Positions 12,581 through 26,539 are shown, counted from the first letter of the stretch. The stretch: DNA of 64,000 bases from Blepharisma stoltei ATCC 30299 (GCA_965603825.1 CBFDEM010000060.1:372001-436000); one strand, 5' to 3'. The notes: generated by a model from the letters alone, not told the origin. Program-made: numbers and translations.

Positions 12581-13963
12581 ATGTCACGATCCAGCAGAGA
12601 CTCTTCTGAGCTAGAAGTTGAGCCTCATAAGCTCAGATCTCTCTTAGATTCAATTGCAATCCAACTCGAAATTCCATTTCTTGAAAGACGAGGAAGAAAC
12701 AAACAACACAAGCACGATCCAATCGAGGAACTAAGAGAAGTAATCCAAGAAACCAGCGAGCGCGAAAGAGAACTTCAAGCTTGCATAGGAATTGCCCGAG
12801 TTCTCATCGACAACAATGAAAAAAGTATCTTAAAAATAAACAAACAAAGAGAAGAAAAAGAAAAAGATCAGGAGAAAATTAAAGATCTCAGAAATACAAT
12901 TGAAACCTTAAAAGAAGAATTAGTGCTTGCTGAAGAAAAATACGACCAAGTTAATAAAGCTTTAGTAAGCTGTGAGGAGCAGCTGCTTGTTTTAAATGCT
13001 GAACATAAAAGGCTGCTGATGGAGAGCAATAAATTGAGGGAATTGCCAGATTCACTTGTACAGTCTGTCAAAGATTACCAAAGTGAAATTGAGGAGCTAA
13101 AAAGCAGCTTTCGAAGTGAGCTGGATGAGATGAATAAAAACAAATTTGAGTTAGAAAGAAGAAACAAGAGGCTCTTAGAAGAAAAAACACAAATGGACAC
13201 CATCTATAATGAAACTTATGAAAAATTCAAAACTCTTGAAATATCAAACCAAAAATCTCAAGAAAGATTAAAAGCCCTCGAACAAGAATGCCAAAATGCT
13301 AAATTCGAAAAAGAAATAGCTGACAAGAAGATTGGCTTGTTATCAAAAAATACAGAGAAACTTAAGGCAAAAATTGATAAACTGGAAGAAGACCTAAAAT
13401 TGACTGAAAACTCCCGATCCAAATCTCAGACTCCGAAAAAGCTTAAGCATTCCCGACATCACAGCTTGCTAACTGAAATTGAAAGTGTACGATCAGATGA
13501 AAAGGAAAAGAAACTAAAACTCCCAGAAATTAGGGAAGAAGAAGAAATGGTCATCACCAGCATAGCAAGTAAAGCTTTTCTTTCGTTTACACCACATGGC
13601 AAATCAGGTCATAAAGTTTTCAGTTTTGACAGATCTCAGAAAACTTTAGATATAGATATTGACTTAGGAATAATACATATAGAGTCTAAAAAAGCTAAAG
13701 ATTTTCCTGGTCGAAAAGATCCAGCAGAAGAGTATTTCTTTTTGGCAACCCAAGCTGTAAAGATGAATTCTTCTTATATGGATGCAATCTGTATTATTCC
13801 TCCCCAAAACCTATATGAGAAAGCAATGAAAGAAGACGTGCCATTTCATAAGTGGCATATTTGGATAGAGTCCCAATTAAATTCTGCCTATATTCAGATG
13901 CTATACAAAAAAGATTCAAAAATCGCCCCAATCCCTACAATAAATAGAATAACTAGAAGATAA
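12581..13963 (+). CDS. Long coiled-coil protein
   Basis: Uninterrupted ORF, E/K/L-rich heptads; ATG 12581 preferred for its AAAATG context. Confidence 0.8.
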   Translation: MSRSSRDSSELEVEPHKLRSLLDSIAIQLEIPFLERRGRNKQHKHDPIEELREVIQETSERERELQACIGIARVLIDNNEKSILKINKQREEKEKDQEKIKDLRNTIETLKEELVLAEEKYDQVNKALVSCEEQLLVLNAEHKRLLMESNKLRELPDSLVQSVKDYQSEIEELKSSFRSELDEMNKNKFELERRNKRLLEEKTQMDTIYNETYEKFKTLEISNQKSQERLKALEQECQNAKFEKEIADKKIGLLSKNTEKLKAKIDKLEEDLKLTENSRSKSQTPKKLKHSRHHSLLTEIESVRSDEKEKKLKLPEIREEEEMVITSIASKAFLSFTPHGKSGHKVFSFDRSQKTLDIDIDLGIIHIESKKAKDFPGRKDPAEEYFFLATQAVKMNSSYMDAICIIPPQNLYEKAMKEDVPFHKWHIWIESQLNSAYIQMLYKKDSKIAPIPTINRITRR

Positions 13964-14010
13964 TTGATAATTTATATAAGATATTTAGACTAATGATTTA
14001 GTCTTATTAC

Positions 14011-15054
14011 TTAAGCTTCCGGGTCTGGAACGTAAACTGCTGGGAAGACTGCTTGGTCGAATATTCCAATTGAATCAGCAAACCATGTGGCTAAGAACAA
14101 AGGCACTCCTGCCTTAGCCAAATATCCATGGAACCCATTCCACATTTGGCCAATATAAAAAGTGTCTCCAAGTGCTTTCCAGAAAGCCTCTGCATAGTTC
14201 TTAAAGAAAAGTTCTCCTTGTGAGTTCTTAGGCAGCTCTTCTACTAAGTGTTTCAAATGTAGGAATGGGTAGCCCATAAACACACCAGCATAAACTCCAG
14301 CGCTGACGTAAAATGCTCTTAAAACAGCTTCTGGTGTTCCAGGGAAATCAGTTCCCCAATGCGTCATATGTCTGAGTTTTTCTTTTATGAAATCAGTGAA
14401 GAAAAGCAAGCCCAAGGTTTCTCCGAAAGCTTGACCCATTAGAGGGCCTGCACCTCTCATGAATGGGTAAAGTCCATCTTTGCTTAAAATAGTTAAGGCT
14501 GCGTGGAAGTGATTTCTGTATCCTCTTGCGAATTCTTTTGGAAGAATCTTGTCCTGCTCGAATCTTAAGGAAATGTTATAGAAAGGAACTGGAATCCAGC
14601 ATGTAACAGCACCAATTGCGGCTGCAGTTAATAGATATTTCCCCCAATCGGTATTAACAGTGTGGTGCTCATGGGCGTAGCCTCCTGCATAATCTTTCCA
14701 AAGATAAAATCTTGATGTTTGAAATGCAAGCCCATAGGTGCTGGAAAAGAATAAACTTGAGAAGAAGCCTCTTCGGAAGTTTTCCATTTTGCAGACTTCC
14801 TTAGTGAAAATTCCTAGAGTGCGGAGGCTGTCTGGGGCTTGGTAATACCTTAAGAGATCAGTTGCTGGAGCGTAGAATTGATACCATAAGGCTCTGGTTA
14901 TGCCAAAATAAAGCCCTGTTAGCTCTGCTTGTTGAAAATTCCAAGCTGGGTTCCAGTTTGGTGGAGTCATCCACTTGTACAATATCATCCTTGTACGGGC
15001 ATTATGATTCCTTGCAACAATCACTGGCTTCTGCCCTTCTATTTCTTGATACAT
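14011..15054 (-). CDS. Divergent mitochondrial carrier family protein
   Basis: Threefold carrier-like pattern: PATDLLR, PFYNISLR..YRNHFHA..GLYPFMRG, YPFLHLK..FKNYAEA..MWNG. Confidence 0.8.
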   Translation of the reverse strand: MYQEIEGQKPVIVARNHNARTRMILYKWMTPPNWNPAWNFQQAELTGLYFGITRALWYQFYAPATDLLRYYQAPDSLRTLGIFTKEVCKMENFRRGFFSSLFFSSTYGLAFQTSRFYLWKDYAGGYAHEHHTVNTDWGKYLLTAAAIGAVTCWIPVPFYNISLRFEQDKILPKEFARGYRNHFHAALTILSKDGLYPFMRGAGPLMGQAFGETLGLLFFTDFIKEKLRHMTHWGTDFPGTPEAVLRAFYVSAGVYAGVFMGYPFLHLKHLVEELPKNSQGELFFKNYAEAFWKALGDTFYIGQMWNGFHGYLAKAGVPLFLATWFADSIGIFDQAVFPAVYVPDPEA

Positions 15055-15548
15055 ATTTTATAAGAGTAGTAACTATAGTCCACAATTATTCGATACTTCA
15101 TAATCAACTAAATCAATAATTTTCAAAGCCGACTTTATATGTAAATACTAGGAGAATAATTGAGAAGAGTGCGAATTTTAAAACAAATTAGCTATTTGAA
15201 TTAATAAAATAATGAAGAAAGCATAGGCGAGAAGCATTCAATAAGACATGCAAATCTTCGAGCTCTGAAAAACTCTGGAATCATTTTTAGTATAATGGAA
15301 ATATTTTTCCGAAACGGCTTGAATAATTCAAAGTATAATTGATAAAATAATGTTGAACTAGCAAGAAAATCAAAAGATTTATGAAAAAATCTTAAAAATT
15401 GAAAATACAATTGGGTTTGATGCTTTAATTTAAAAGTTATAAAAAAATATTAATTTTGCTTTACAAAATTGATTTTTATCTCGCATAAAGCTTTATTAGA
15501 ATATGAAATAAAACTTCTCTATTAGTTAAAGTATTTACAATATTTAAG

Positions 15549-15809
15549 ATGGCAGAGAGGATCATTGTGTGTGAAATGACTGATGATATGAGAGATGACG
15601 CAATAAAAGAAGCAAGAATTGCAGCTGAACAGAAAGAAAGTGAAAAGGAAATTTCGCAAGCTATCAAAAAGTTCTTTGATAATAAGTACTCCCCATGCTG
15701 GCATTGTATTGTTGGGAAAAGCTTTAATGGCTATGTCTCTTACCAAACGAAGCACTTTATCTTCTTCTATGTCAAACAAATTGCAGTCCTCCTATACAAA
15801 ATGGGATAA
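15549..15809 (+). CDS. Dynein light chain LC8 family
   Basis: EKEISQAIKKFFDNKYSPCWHCIVGKSF...AVLLYK. Confidence 0.95.
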   Translation: MAERIIVCEMTDDMRDDAIKEARIAAEQKESEKEISQAIKKFFDNKYSPCWHCIVGKSFNGYVSYQTKHFIFFYVKQIAVLLYKMG

Positions 15810-16133
15810 TCTAAGAAACGTCTAAGCTTTAAATTTAAATAAATTGAATTCTTAAAGAATCATTATGGGTGATTTTTTGTTTAATTATAATCAAATTCAA
15901 CTCATAGATAACTGCCATCTAATGGTATTCAAATTTCAGAAAATAAAAATTATCAAATATCGATTTTATATGAGGTGTTCAAGAAAAGATGTTTAATTAA
16001 ATATAACTTGTTAAAAGAAATGATTATAATCTAGAAATATGCTGAATGAATTGAAATGATTTTTCCCTATAATAATTACCTACTGCGCCAAAAGACATTA
16101 TTCTAATTAAAGTCAGCTATTTTACTGATATTT

Positions 16134-18353
16134 TTATCTCAGGTCCTCGTATGATAAATTCCTAAGCCTATTCATCGGCGACTGTATTGTAACATCTAAA
16201 AGATTTCCTCTAGGTCTTGCCAAATACCCATAATTTCCATAATTTGATGATTTATTCGAATCATCTATAAATTGAGAGGCTTCTAGTGACTGCGACTGCG
16301 TTCTAATTCTTTTATTTGATGAATGTATCTTTGGAAGCATTTCTTCCTTAAACTTCTCATACTTTTCTTTAGTTTTTTTATCTCTTCTGCTATAAATTTT
16401 ATAGCATTTATCACAAACTGGCACCAGTTCAAATTCCCACGCCAGTTTTTTATTCAAACTTGCCTTTGAATAATTATTATTTTGCTTTTGAATATATAGA
16501 TTGATTGCTTCTGTGTCTTTACTCCTCTGCAATTTTATATCAAGCTCTCTTAATAACTTATTTGGTAAATTATTTATTAGTGATTTCAATGAATATTTAT
16601 CATTCCTGTCCTCCAAAATTGTTTTCCTTAATATTTTATATTGCAAATGCTCAGTAATTGGGGTTTGAGGCCTTAAATCTTTTCCTAATAAATGCTGGAG
16701 AGTGTCTATATTAAGGATATCTTGCAACTGCATTAATTCAAATAGTGTCCCTGCATATTCCATATTGTGTTTCATGAGCAACTCAATTTTTTCTCTATTT
16801 TCATAGTCATTTCTTTTCAATAGTTTGCAATAATCTCCACAGCAGACAAGCTGCTTTTTCCCTTTGCTTACAGAGGAACTTTCTGTTGCACTGAACAGCG
16901 AAATATGCTTAAAATCACTAAAAACTGGAATCGATGCACAGCTGACTGTTTCTGCAACAATATGTGGAGCATTTATCAAGTAAAAGTTTCCATCTATGGC
17001 TTCAATAAAATCTAAAACAATTGAAGAAATTGTCTGGTTTTTTTGCATTACCTTTTTCAAGCATTTTTTGGCCTCTGATCATACTATTGTGCAAGATATA
17101 AACTTTTTATTAGATAGCACTTCATATACGTCAATGTCTTCGCTTTCACTTACTTTAACAGTAAATTTTGAAGATCAGCCAGACCTGCTATGAGCATTGT
17201 TGCTTAGCTTATTTTTTTCATTAAATTCATTGCTCAGAATATCAGCTAACTTTTTTATTTTTGCTCGAAAAAACCTAATCATATTATGTGCAAACTCTTT
17301 TTGATCATAATCAATAATACTTACCGATATTATTTGGGCAACCATATACATAAAATTTGCTACTTGAGAGCATTGCCTTAAAAAGTTTAGTTTTCCATGG
17401 TTGTCTTCAAAAAAATTTGTGTGGTTTGTAAGAGGTTGAAATGGCTTCAGCTTGAACATTTCCTGGTACACGCTTGAGTGAAGATTAAAGCTTATTGACG
17501 AATTCAAAAACTGCTGTGGTATGAATTCTTTTAAGCTTTTTTCAGAATTTTTAGAATGTGTAAAAGGACTTCTTGAAAAAATAAGATATCCTTTTTGAAA
17601 TTCATTTGTAAAATGCACTCTTAATTTTGATGCACAGTTGCCTTTAGGCCTGATAAATTGCTGTAAAAGGCATGATACGCTTTTATATGATAATTTATGA
17701 AGGCGAGAGTACACTTCGTTGCTTTCTTCTTTTTTGAAAAATTCAACATAGGAACAGCATCTACCGTCTTCAGGCTGCAGGCTTTTAGTTTTTAATACGT
17801 ATGTAGGGCAATTGAAAGATTCATTAGATTCATCAAACATATCCATATAATGAAGTAAATTGTTTCAATCAATAGGCTCTGATTTTAGTAACCCATCGCT
17901 GTCAGTTCATATTCTCATTGGAGAGTTCAGACCAAATCCTATTAAAATACTTTGTGGCACAACGATCCTAAACTCTTCTTCTTTGCATGCCTTAGCCAGG
18001 CAAGCAAAAATGTTGGCTTCATTGCACTCATGTGAGCACGGATCCTTGTGTATTTTATCACTTTTTAAAGCGACTGCTTTTTTACGGATGTGTTCCAAAT
18101 GGTTTTTCTTTTGAATAGGTGGTCTTGATAACGAGTATTTTTTAGTCTCATACTCATCAATCATACTTTTAGAAATTATCATGTACTTGAACTTTTCATT
18201 GAGTTCAATATCTTGCTGCATTTTTGCATCAATAAAAACTCCTTCAAAACGCGAGTCATCAGGTTTTAGCCCTAATTGCTGTAAAATAGCAGCTCTTACA
18301 GAATAAGGCAATTTTGTGTAAGATACATCATTCTCTTCCTTCAAAAAATCCAT
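16134..18353 (-). CDS. Hypothetical protein (about 740 aa)
   Basis: ORFs 17907..18398, 17175..17846 and 16134..17060 are one frame separated only by TGA; start uncertain. Confidence 0.75.
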
Positions 18354-18445
18354 TGTCAGTTTTCGTTCAATGAGTTTTATATTATTATTTTTTTGCACAG
18401 AATTATTTAAGAATTCATTTAATTACACAAGACCGCTTGGCTTTG

Positions 18446-18886
18446 CTACAGTTTTTTGGATTTGTTTGTCCTTAGTCTTATATTGGAATGGGTTCTAAGG
18501 GGAGATAGATCAATTTGTTTTTCGTGAGGAATTCTATTCAACGGCTTGATTGTTGAACTTAGCTTTATTCTCATTGGAGACTTGGATTGTGTAATTCGTA
18601 AGTGTAGTCGCGAAGTGCTTAAATCTCTCAGCGGAGATTCTCTTTTGAGCGCTCCAAAATTGGTAATTACACGGGAAGTCTGCAATAGCTCAATCTTATG
18701 TCCTTTATCTAGCCTATTTTGAGAGATAGATATAGGAATAATCTTTTCTTTTTCGATTTTCAATTTCGTAAGTCTTCTTACGAGATCGTTATATTCAAAA
18801 TGAACACCATATCGTTTATCTTCGCTCACAGTGGCTTGCTTTTGGGATTCTTCAATAAGTCTTTTATGAAAATCATTAGTCAGCAT
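18446..18886 (-). CDS. Small basic hypothetical protein
   Basis: ATG-TAG ORF; YGVHFEYNDLVRRL motif. Confidence 0.65.
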   Translation of the reverse strand: MLTNDFHKRLIEESQKQATVSEDKRYGVHFEYNDLVRRLTKLKIEKEKIIPISISQNRLDKGHKIELLQTSRVITNFGALKRESPLRDLSTSRLHLRITQSKSPMRIKLSSTIKPLNRIPHEKQIDLSPLRTHSNIRLRTNKSKKL

Positions 18887-19044
18887 TAAATTAATTTCTA
18901 TTGCAAATGGAAAATACTACTTTTAAAGTAATTTATTATTCGTTTTACAAATGAAGGAGAAATGCTGAATTACTAATAAGCAATTTGAATAAAATATTTT
19001 ATTTTGACTTAAAAAAAGTATTGTAAAATTTTCTAGTAAAAATA

Positions 19045-20709
19045 ATGGAAATTTTAGATGTTATTGAAAGCATTGAATTATGCATAAGAGTTATGACAGA
19101 ATTATACGCCGAGTATTCGTTCCCAGATTTCGAAGTCGCAAAAACGACTCTTTTATCAATAAAAAGAAAGCTCGAAAAGCTGAAAACTCAAAAGGAGACT
19201 GATTCTATTAACTTAATTTTCTTCCAGAAGGTCCTAAAAGCAATTCAAGATAGTTTAGATATGCTCTATGAAACCACTCAGGACTGAAAAGGGCCTCCAG
19301 AAATCCAAGAAGATGATAAATTTTGGACTGATTTAAAAAAATTAGAAACTCTTGACGAAATACTGATCTACGCTGCAAATGCCTCAAAAGACGACCTACT
19401 TTGTTTAAATGTCTCTGATGAGCGTTGGAAAAAACTAAACTACGTCATTATGCACCATAATTACTCAAAGCGCTCTAAGACTATTAAGCACTACAAAACC
19501 TTTTTCAAAAGAACGGCTTCTGGATGGGCACTGATGTCGACGGGCCTTAAAGAAAAAACCAACATTGAGAAAAAAGTTATGGTTGGCCTTGGGGCTATTT
19601 ATTTCTCTATTTTCCAATCAGAAGCTGTAAAGCAGGCTGAGTTATACTCGGCCAAGCCAAGAATTGATATATCGCAAACTACATTTAACATGATAGACTC
19701 ATGGATGCTTTCCAAGCTTTATAATTGGGTCATCCCAAGCATTGATATAAATAAAATTTATCATGTCCCAAGGACAGTTTCTTCTATTACTAGTAAAGAG
19801 TTTCATTCGTATGAAAACGATAAAGACTCATTAATTGCAGTAGAAAAACATAGGGTTATGATGAGATTGTTGAGAAGCAAAAATCATAATTCTAGTATCA
19901 AATTTTTTGGAGGGTTTTGCTTTTGTGCTGAAAGTAGAAAGGGGAAGAAAAAACAGCCAAAAAAAGCAAACAAGCTGATTTTTCATATACATGGAGGAGG
20001 GTATATAAGCATGTCGTCAGCTTCGCATCAAGTATATACAAGAAAATGGGCAAATATTCTCAAAATCCCTGTAATATCAATTGATTATAGGCTAGCCCCT
20101 GCCCATCCATATCCAGAAGGTTTAGATGATGTGTGGCAAGCTTATAATTGGATATTAAATCATGCTGAAGAAGAGTATGGGATAACTCCAGAAAAAATAA
20201 TTGTCACTGGAGATTCTGCTGGAGGAAACTTCGCATTGGCTCTAACTTATAAGTGCATTTTATCCGGCATCAAGGTTCCTGATGGGCTTATTTTGAGTTA
20301 TCCTTCATTGAGGCTTGACAAAAACTTTTTCACGCCATCTCTGCTTTTGTCATTAGATGATTTTTTAATCCCTCATACCCTTATGAAGCTTATTGTCGAG
20401 AATTATCTTAAAGATTCCTCACTAGACCCTGCTAACGATATTTTCATATCTCCTATTGCAGCATCTGATGAAATGATGAAAGCAATGCCTCCTGTCAGAA
20501 TTTTGGTTGGAGATAATGACCCCTTGCAAGACGATTGTATGAGGTTCGCTGAAAAATTATTGAATGCGAATGGAGACGTGAAATTGACGATATTTCAAGG
20601 CACCCCACATGGAGCTCTTAATCTTTGCTTTCCTGGAGGTGTCAAAGAAAGCTTTGATGTGCTGAATCAGACTATTGCATGGTTTGAAGAATTATTCGAT
20701 TATAATTAA
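19045..20709 (+). CDS. Hormone-sensitive lipase family alpha/beta hydrolase
   Basis: HIHGGG, DYRLAP, GDSAGG, DPLQDD, PHG; single TGA at 19285. Confidence 0.92.
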
Positions 20710-20933
20710 GCTAATAGGCATAACTAAGATAATTATGCAGCTCTTTAATTTGCAAGTGAGGAAATTGCATTTCATCCACTTTAAAGCAATAGGCAAAAAT
20801 TCATAAGTATATCTAAGGCTTAATTTGAAATTTTCAGCTAATCCGAATTCGCCACTAATGTTTCTAATTTTAGCCTTGCATATCAGCAAGTTCTTCCATT
20901 ATGAGGACAGCCTTTTAGAATTATTTATTAGAT

Positions 20934-23900
20934 ATGGGTATTCCCAAGTTCTTTCGGTGGTTGTCAGAAAGGTATCCACAAATCAACCAAGACGCAACTT
21001 CACTACCAGACGTTGACAACCTCTACTTAGACATGAACGGCATTATTCACACGTGTTCTCATTCTAACTCAATAGGCCATTTAATCCCACATGTTTCCTC
21101 AGCGCCAAGTCTCCCAGACGCCTGGGCCAAAGTCTTCAAATACATCGAACTTCTGGTCCAAATCGCCAAGCCCAAGAAATTGCTATATTTATCTGTGGAT
21201 GGAGTGGCCCCAAGAGCCAAAATGAACAACCAGCGTGAGCGCCGATACAAATTTATCTATGAAATTGACGAATTCACCAAGAAAGAAAGAAAAGAAAACC
21301 GAAAAGTGGTTGATGATTGGTTTGACTCCAACAACATTTCTCCAGGGACTTTATTCATGGCAGAGCTTAATAGGCAGATGAGATATTTTATTCAGTGAAA
21401 AATTGAAAATGATGAAAACTGGAAAAAAATCAAAATCGTGTACTCAGGAGGAGACGTGCCTGGAGAAGGAGAGCACAAGATACTGAGATATATAAGGAAC
21501 AATAAAAATGAGCCAAACACAACGCATTGCATTTATGGACTTGATGCAGATTTGATTTTACTAGGGCTCATCACACATGAACCTCATGTGATTCTGTTAA
21601 GAGAAGAAGTAAAGCTAGGAAGTGTTAGAAGCTTGCCTGAAAGAGAGTATGCAGGCGACCCACCAAAATTTCAAATTTTATACCTAAATGTGCTGAGAGA
21701 GTACTTGCAGATTGAATTTTCTGTGATAAAAGGACTAGACTTAGAAAGATTTATTGATGACTTTGTAGTCCTTATGCTTTTTGTTGGGAATGATTTTATA
21801 CCAAGGCTCCCTACTTTTGAAATCCATGAAGGGGCTGTCGATAAGTTCTTTGACCTCTACAAAGCAAAATGGCATGAAGTCGGGTACCTGTCAGACTGTG
21901 GATTTATTAACTGGGAAGCTCTAAACTTTTTCATCCGCGAATTCCCTTCATTTGAGCACAAAATCATCACAGAGCGCATAACATCAAAAAATAAGAGAAG
22001 GTCAAACCCAGCCCCAATTAAATCTACCCAGCCACAAATGTCTATAAGAGAAGTTTTTCACCAAACCAAAAACGAAGAAGTCAAAAACAGCGAAGAATCA
22101 GAAGAAACTGAAGAGCCTGAAGAAGAAAATAACTACGTAAACCAGGAAACAGAAAATTTGAAGCTAACATTAGAATTTCATTTAGATAGAGGAATTTACC
22201 ATGTGAAAAAATTCTATTATAAAGAAATGCTTCATATTGATATTGATACTGATGAAGGAAGAGGCCAGCTACAAAGCATGATTAAGTCCTATTTGGAAGG
22301 GCTGCAATGGGTCATGTATTATTATTTTCAAGGTGTCAAAAACTGGCATTGGTATTATCCTTATCATTATGCGCCAATGATATCTGATTTTTCAAATATA
22401 TATCAAATGTTGGAGCTTCAAGACTCCAAGCTGATATTCCCACAAGCTGAGCCTTTTAGACCTTTAGAACAGCTTATGGGGGTCATTCCGCCAAGATCGC
22501 AGCATATGCTGCCAGAAGAATATAGGAATTTGCTTAGAGAGCCAGACCTTCAGCGCTATTTTCCAGACTACCCAGTTATTGAATACGACATTATGTGTGC
22601 TAAAATTGGCTGGGAATCAATGAAAATTGTTGTCCCATTCGTACCCTACCAGCTTATAATAGAAAGAGCCAGACAGCTGCCAGAATCCCGTCAAAGCAAA
22701 ATCCAAAACACAATAAATAAAGACATCCTTTATTATTATGATTCATCAGAGCCCACAAGACATTTAGAGACTGTCCTCCCTCAATATCTGCCAGACTTCC
22801 AATGCAATATTCATGAAACTTTGCTGGACTACGACGACTCAATAATTTTTAAGCCTGAAATTTTGCCTGGGACCTTAGAAATTCTGCCTGGATTTCCATC
22901 ATTGAAATATTTGAATTTCAACCCAGAATTGCGAGCAGTCGGAATCAACGTGTTTCAAACTGCTTCTCAGCTTCCTTCAATGATACTAAATTTTGATAAA
23001 TCGCCACTTACTATTGAAGAAGCTTATAACTCATTATTCCATAAAATTATATATATTGGCTACCCCCTGCAAGAGCTAGCTTATGTAATTGGGGTTTCAA
23101 ACCAAGAAAAATACTTGCCATCGCTTAATGCTGATTATTTGAATTATTTAGAAACGACCTTAGAGTCATATCTCAGCAAAATAAGAGGAACCTTGTCAGA
23201 TTATATGAGCTTGAAGCAAGGGTTTACTATTGCTGGAGATTTAGGTATTGTTGTGCATTATTTGTCACTGAAATCGTTTTCTAGGTCTAAAAAAGGACTA
23301 ATCGAGCCTAAATGGGATGAAAGTGAGTCTTATGCACCGCTAGAGCTGATTATGTCTGAAAGGCAGCCAGGCCATCCAAGAGATATAAGCAAAGCTGCTC
23401 CAGGGCTTCATGATGAATTCCCAGTAGGCTCAAAAGTGATTGTTATTAAAAGAGATATGTTTGGGTACTTAGGAGAAGTAGTTGGCTACGCCCGGGATAA
23501 ATTCAATCCTGAAGGTGGGGTCGAGGTCAGAATCTACAAAAAGCCAAAAAATATTCATGAAGAAATCAAAAAAATCTCAGGGCTTCACTTCGAAAAATAC
23601 TACTCATTAAGAGAACTGTCTAATCTTGTAAGAAAACCAATTGGATTGATAAGCAGATTATTAGGAAGCTTAAAAATCAAAGCAAAAATGAAAGGAAAAA
23701 CCAAAATCCTGCAAATTGGTCTCAATTTGAAAAACGATAAGGAATATATGGCAGTACTAAGGTGGTCAAGATGGGGAGGATATTGGAACCCAGGCTCTGA
23801 AGAATGGGAGTTTTCAGAAGAAGCCAAAAATCTATTAGTAGAGTACAACAATACTTTTCCTGAAATGTGGAAAGCTATTGATAGATGCTGGTCTGATGGG

Positions 23901-25073
23901 AAAAGGACATTTTATCTTGACGATGCTTTTGGATATGCTAGACATCCATTCAAGGAATCAGAAAGAGTTGCTTTGTGGATCTATAAGCACGTTTCCTTCA
24001 AAATCCCATGGACTTCAGTATACTCTCAATATCTAAGTGACAAAACAATCGAAAACATTCGGGTTATCATCAAAAATTCTCCGACAGAAGTGATAAACAC
24101 AATTGATAAGTCAAACCCAGGATTTTTCTATATAGAATCCAAGCCATGGACATCGCCTTTCTTGATGAGGCCTCAAGAATTCAACCTCGGTGACCGAGTT
24201 ATAAACATATGCTCAAGCTATTTTAGATATGTCCCATTTGGCTGTGAAGGCACAATCATAGCGTTAATTGACAAAGGCCATGCAGAAGTTATGTTCGATG
24301 ATATCATTATTAATGACATGAAAGGAAGCAGACTGGTCATCCCTACAAGATATTTGCTTAACTTGACAGTAAAAATATCAGCAATAAAAAGGGATGCAAG
24401 CGATAAAAGTTCTTGTGGAGATGATATAGACATGCATAATGACAATTCATTCAAGCCTCGATTTGGTAAAAAGCCAGTAAAAGATGAAAGGGCTGAAGAA
24501 ATAATGAATCAAATTCTTTCAAGCTTCACACAAAACTCTCCTACTCTCCCTAAGGAGCAGATAATTGAAGTCCAGCAAGAGCACTCACTGAATCCAGATG
24601 CAATGAGCTTCCAGCCACTTGTTGAAGATCCAGGAGAGCCAGAAATTTTAAGCAAAATGTTCAAAATGTCAGAGTCAAATGTCCAGATAGCAGCCACTCA
24701 GCAAAAAGAAGTTCCGCTTTCAGTTGACCAGCTCTTTGATATTGCAAAAAGCCAAACTGAAATTACTACAAAAGCAGCAGTAAAGCCTGAACCAAAAGCT
24801 ATATCAGTTGAGCAGTTATTCGAAAGTGCCAAATCACAGGAAGATATTCATCCAGCTGCAGAAATCAGTGAAATACCAATATTAAACCAGATGTTTGAAA
24901 GGGTACAAATTTCAAACCAAGAGGAGGAAAAAGAGCCAAGCAAAGCAGAGGCGACTAAAGAGCCAGAAATAAAAGTAGAAGAAGAAAAGGAGCCTGAATT
25001 ATTGCAAAAGCTCTTTAAAACGACTGAGAGTCAATTTGAAGCGCCTTCTGGACTTGATTTTCCAAACCCATAA
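20934..25073 (+). CDS. XRN1: 5'-3' exoribonuclease 1
   Basis: MGIPKFFRW, DNLYLDMNGIIH, DGVAPRAKMNNQR, FDSNNISPGT, PGEGEHKI, YGLDADL, VGNDF; long XRN1-type C-terminal region (GDRV..VPFG); one TGA at 21396. Confidence 0.95.
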
Positions 25074-25201
25074 CTAATAGGTATTTCATCTAATCACTGA
25101 AATAAAGCTAAATTTCTAATCTAAACGATCATTATGAGGGTTAATATCATGCTTATATATTATGATAAGTATTTAATTTTATTTTAAGCTTATAAATGTC
25201 T

Positions 25202-26539
25202 TTAAAACCGTTCGATAGTTTTAATTACCCATAATGAGTCAATGACACTCATTGTATAGTCGCTGACTTGTTCAAATAAAAGATGTGTCTTATTATGAAA
25301 AGTCATTCTTCCATACCCATAATCATTAGTTCTATATTGGCTTCATAATTGTGGCGTCTTTGTTATGTCAGCGTTATGAGCATAATGGTTTCCTGCATTC
25401 CCATCTAAAATATGAATTGTTGCTTTAGGGTTCTTATGAGTATTATAGTCATCGTATTCGCTTTGTACCGTTATATTTTTATAAATAGCAGTCATTCTTT
25501 CATAGGCATGCAAATGAGCACCAAAAAATATATCCACAGCGTTATAATAAAAAATATCCTCCAGTTTATCCCTTAAAAATTGAGCTTCATGGCCGCAGCA
25601 CTTATTTCTTTCTGTGCCATCTAATTCGGTGAAGTCATAAGAGCAATATAGAGGATGATGAGACGTAACAATTATCCAAGGGCGCTTTTTTCTATGCAAA
25701 TTTGCGGTTTCTAAGTCTTGCTTGAGCCATTCTAGCTGAATTTCTGCTTGGAGATCCGATTTGGCTTCTCTATAATATACTTCAGTATTAAGCGTAACAA
25801 AGTGAACTGGTCCAATGTTAAAAGAGTAAAAAAGTCCTGTTCCTTGGTTATATTCATTATAAGGCATTTTAAATCTGATTTTGTAATGAGTCATATTGTC
25901 AGCATCTTCGTGATTCCCTGGCAGAGTCATGTAAGGAATGCTTGCAGTAATATCTTGAACTTGATTACCATACATATCTCCAATTAGCCCATCATCTGAA
26001 TTCAAATTGTATCCGATGTCTCCTAAGTGAAGAATTCCTGTAAACTCCTTGACTTTTGAGTCGATTCCCAAAAGGGCGCTTGTCAGCTCGCCAATTGGTC
26101 CCGTTCCCCAGTCTCCAAAAATAATCATATTGAGTTTGTTATCTACATCTCTATAGCTATTAACACTTTCAGGAGTTCTCCCATTGAAAATATAACTTTT
26201 GCTAAAACTTGCGTCGTTTTGAATGTAATACTCGTAATGGCAATCTGGGAGCAGATTTTTTATTATCGATGTATAAATAAAAGCATAGCGAACCGTTACT
26301 GTGCCTTCGTTAAACTTTGTATAATTTCCTTGGACTTGAGTGAAATCAAAGCTATTGTGTTGTGGATCGTTGCAGAGGATGGGACGATAAATGACCCAGG
26401 AGTCAAGGGGTACAAAGGAAGTCCAGGTAACTCTCATTTCATTAGGATTTTCAGTTCAGGATATGTGAATTTGCTCAGGAGTCACCAAACCTGAGATAGC
26501 CAAATGTATGAGAAAAGCGGTAATCAGCAAAAATCGCAT
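25202..26539 (-). CDS. Secreted purple acid phosphatase (ACP7-like)
   Basis: Signal peptide, PEQIHISW, GDWG, HLGDIGY, PGNHE, HHPLY, AHLHAYER, YGYGR. Confidence 0.93.

Noticed and set aside
18353-18886. Fusing the 18446..18886 gene with the downstream long gene
   Set aside because: No consensus 15/16-nt intron removes the intervening TAG/TAA stops
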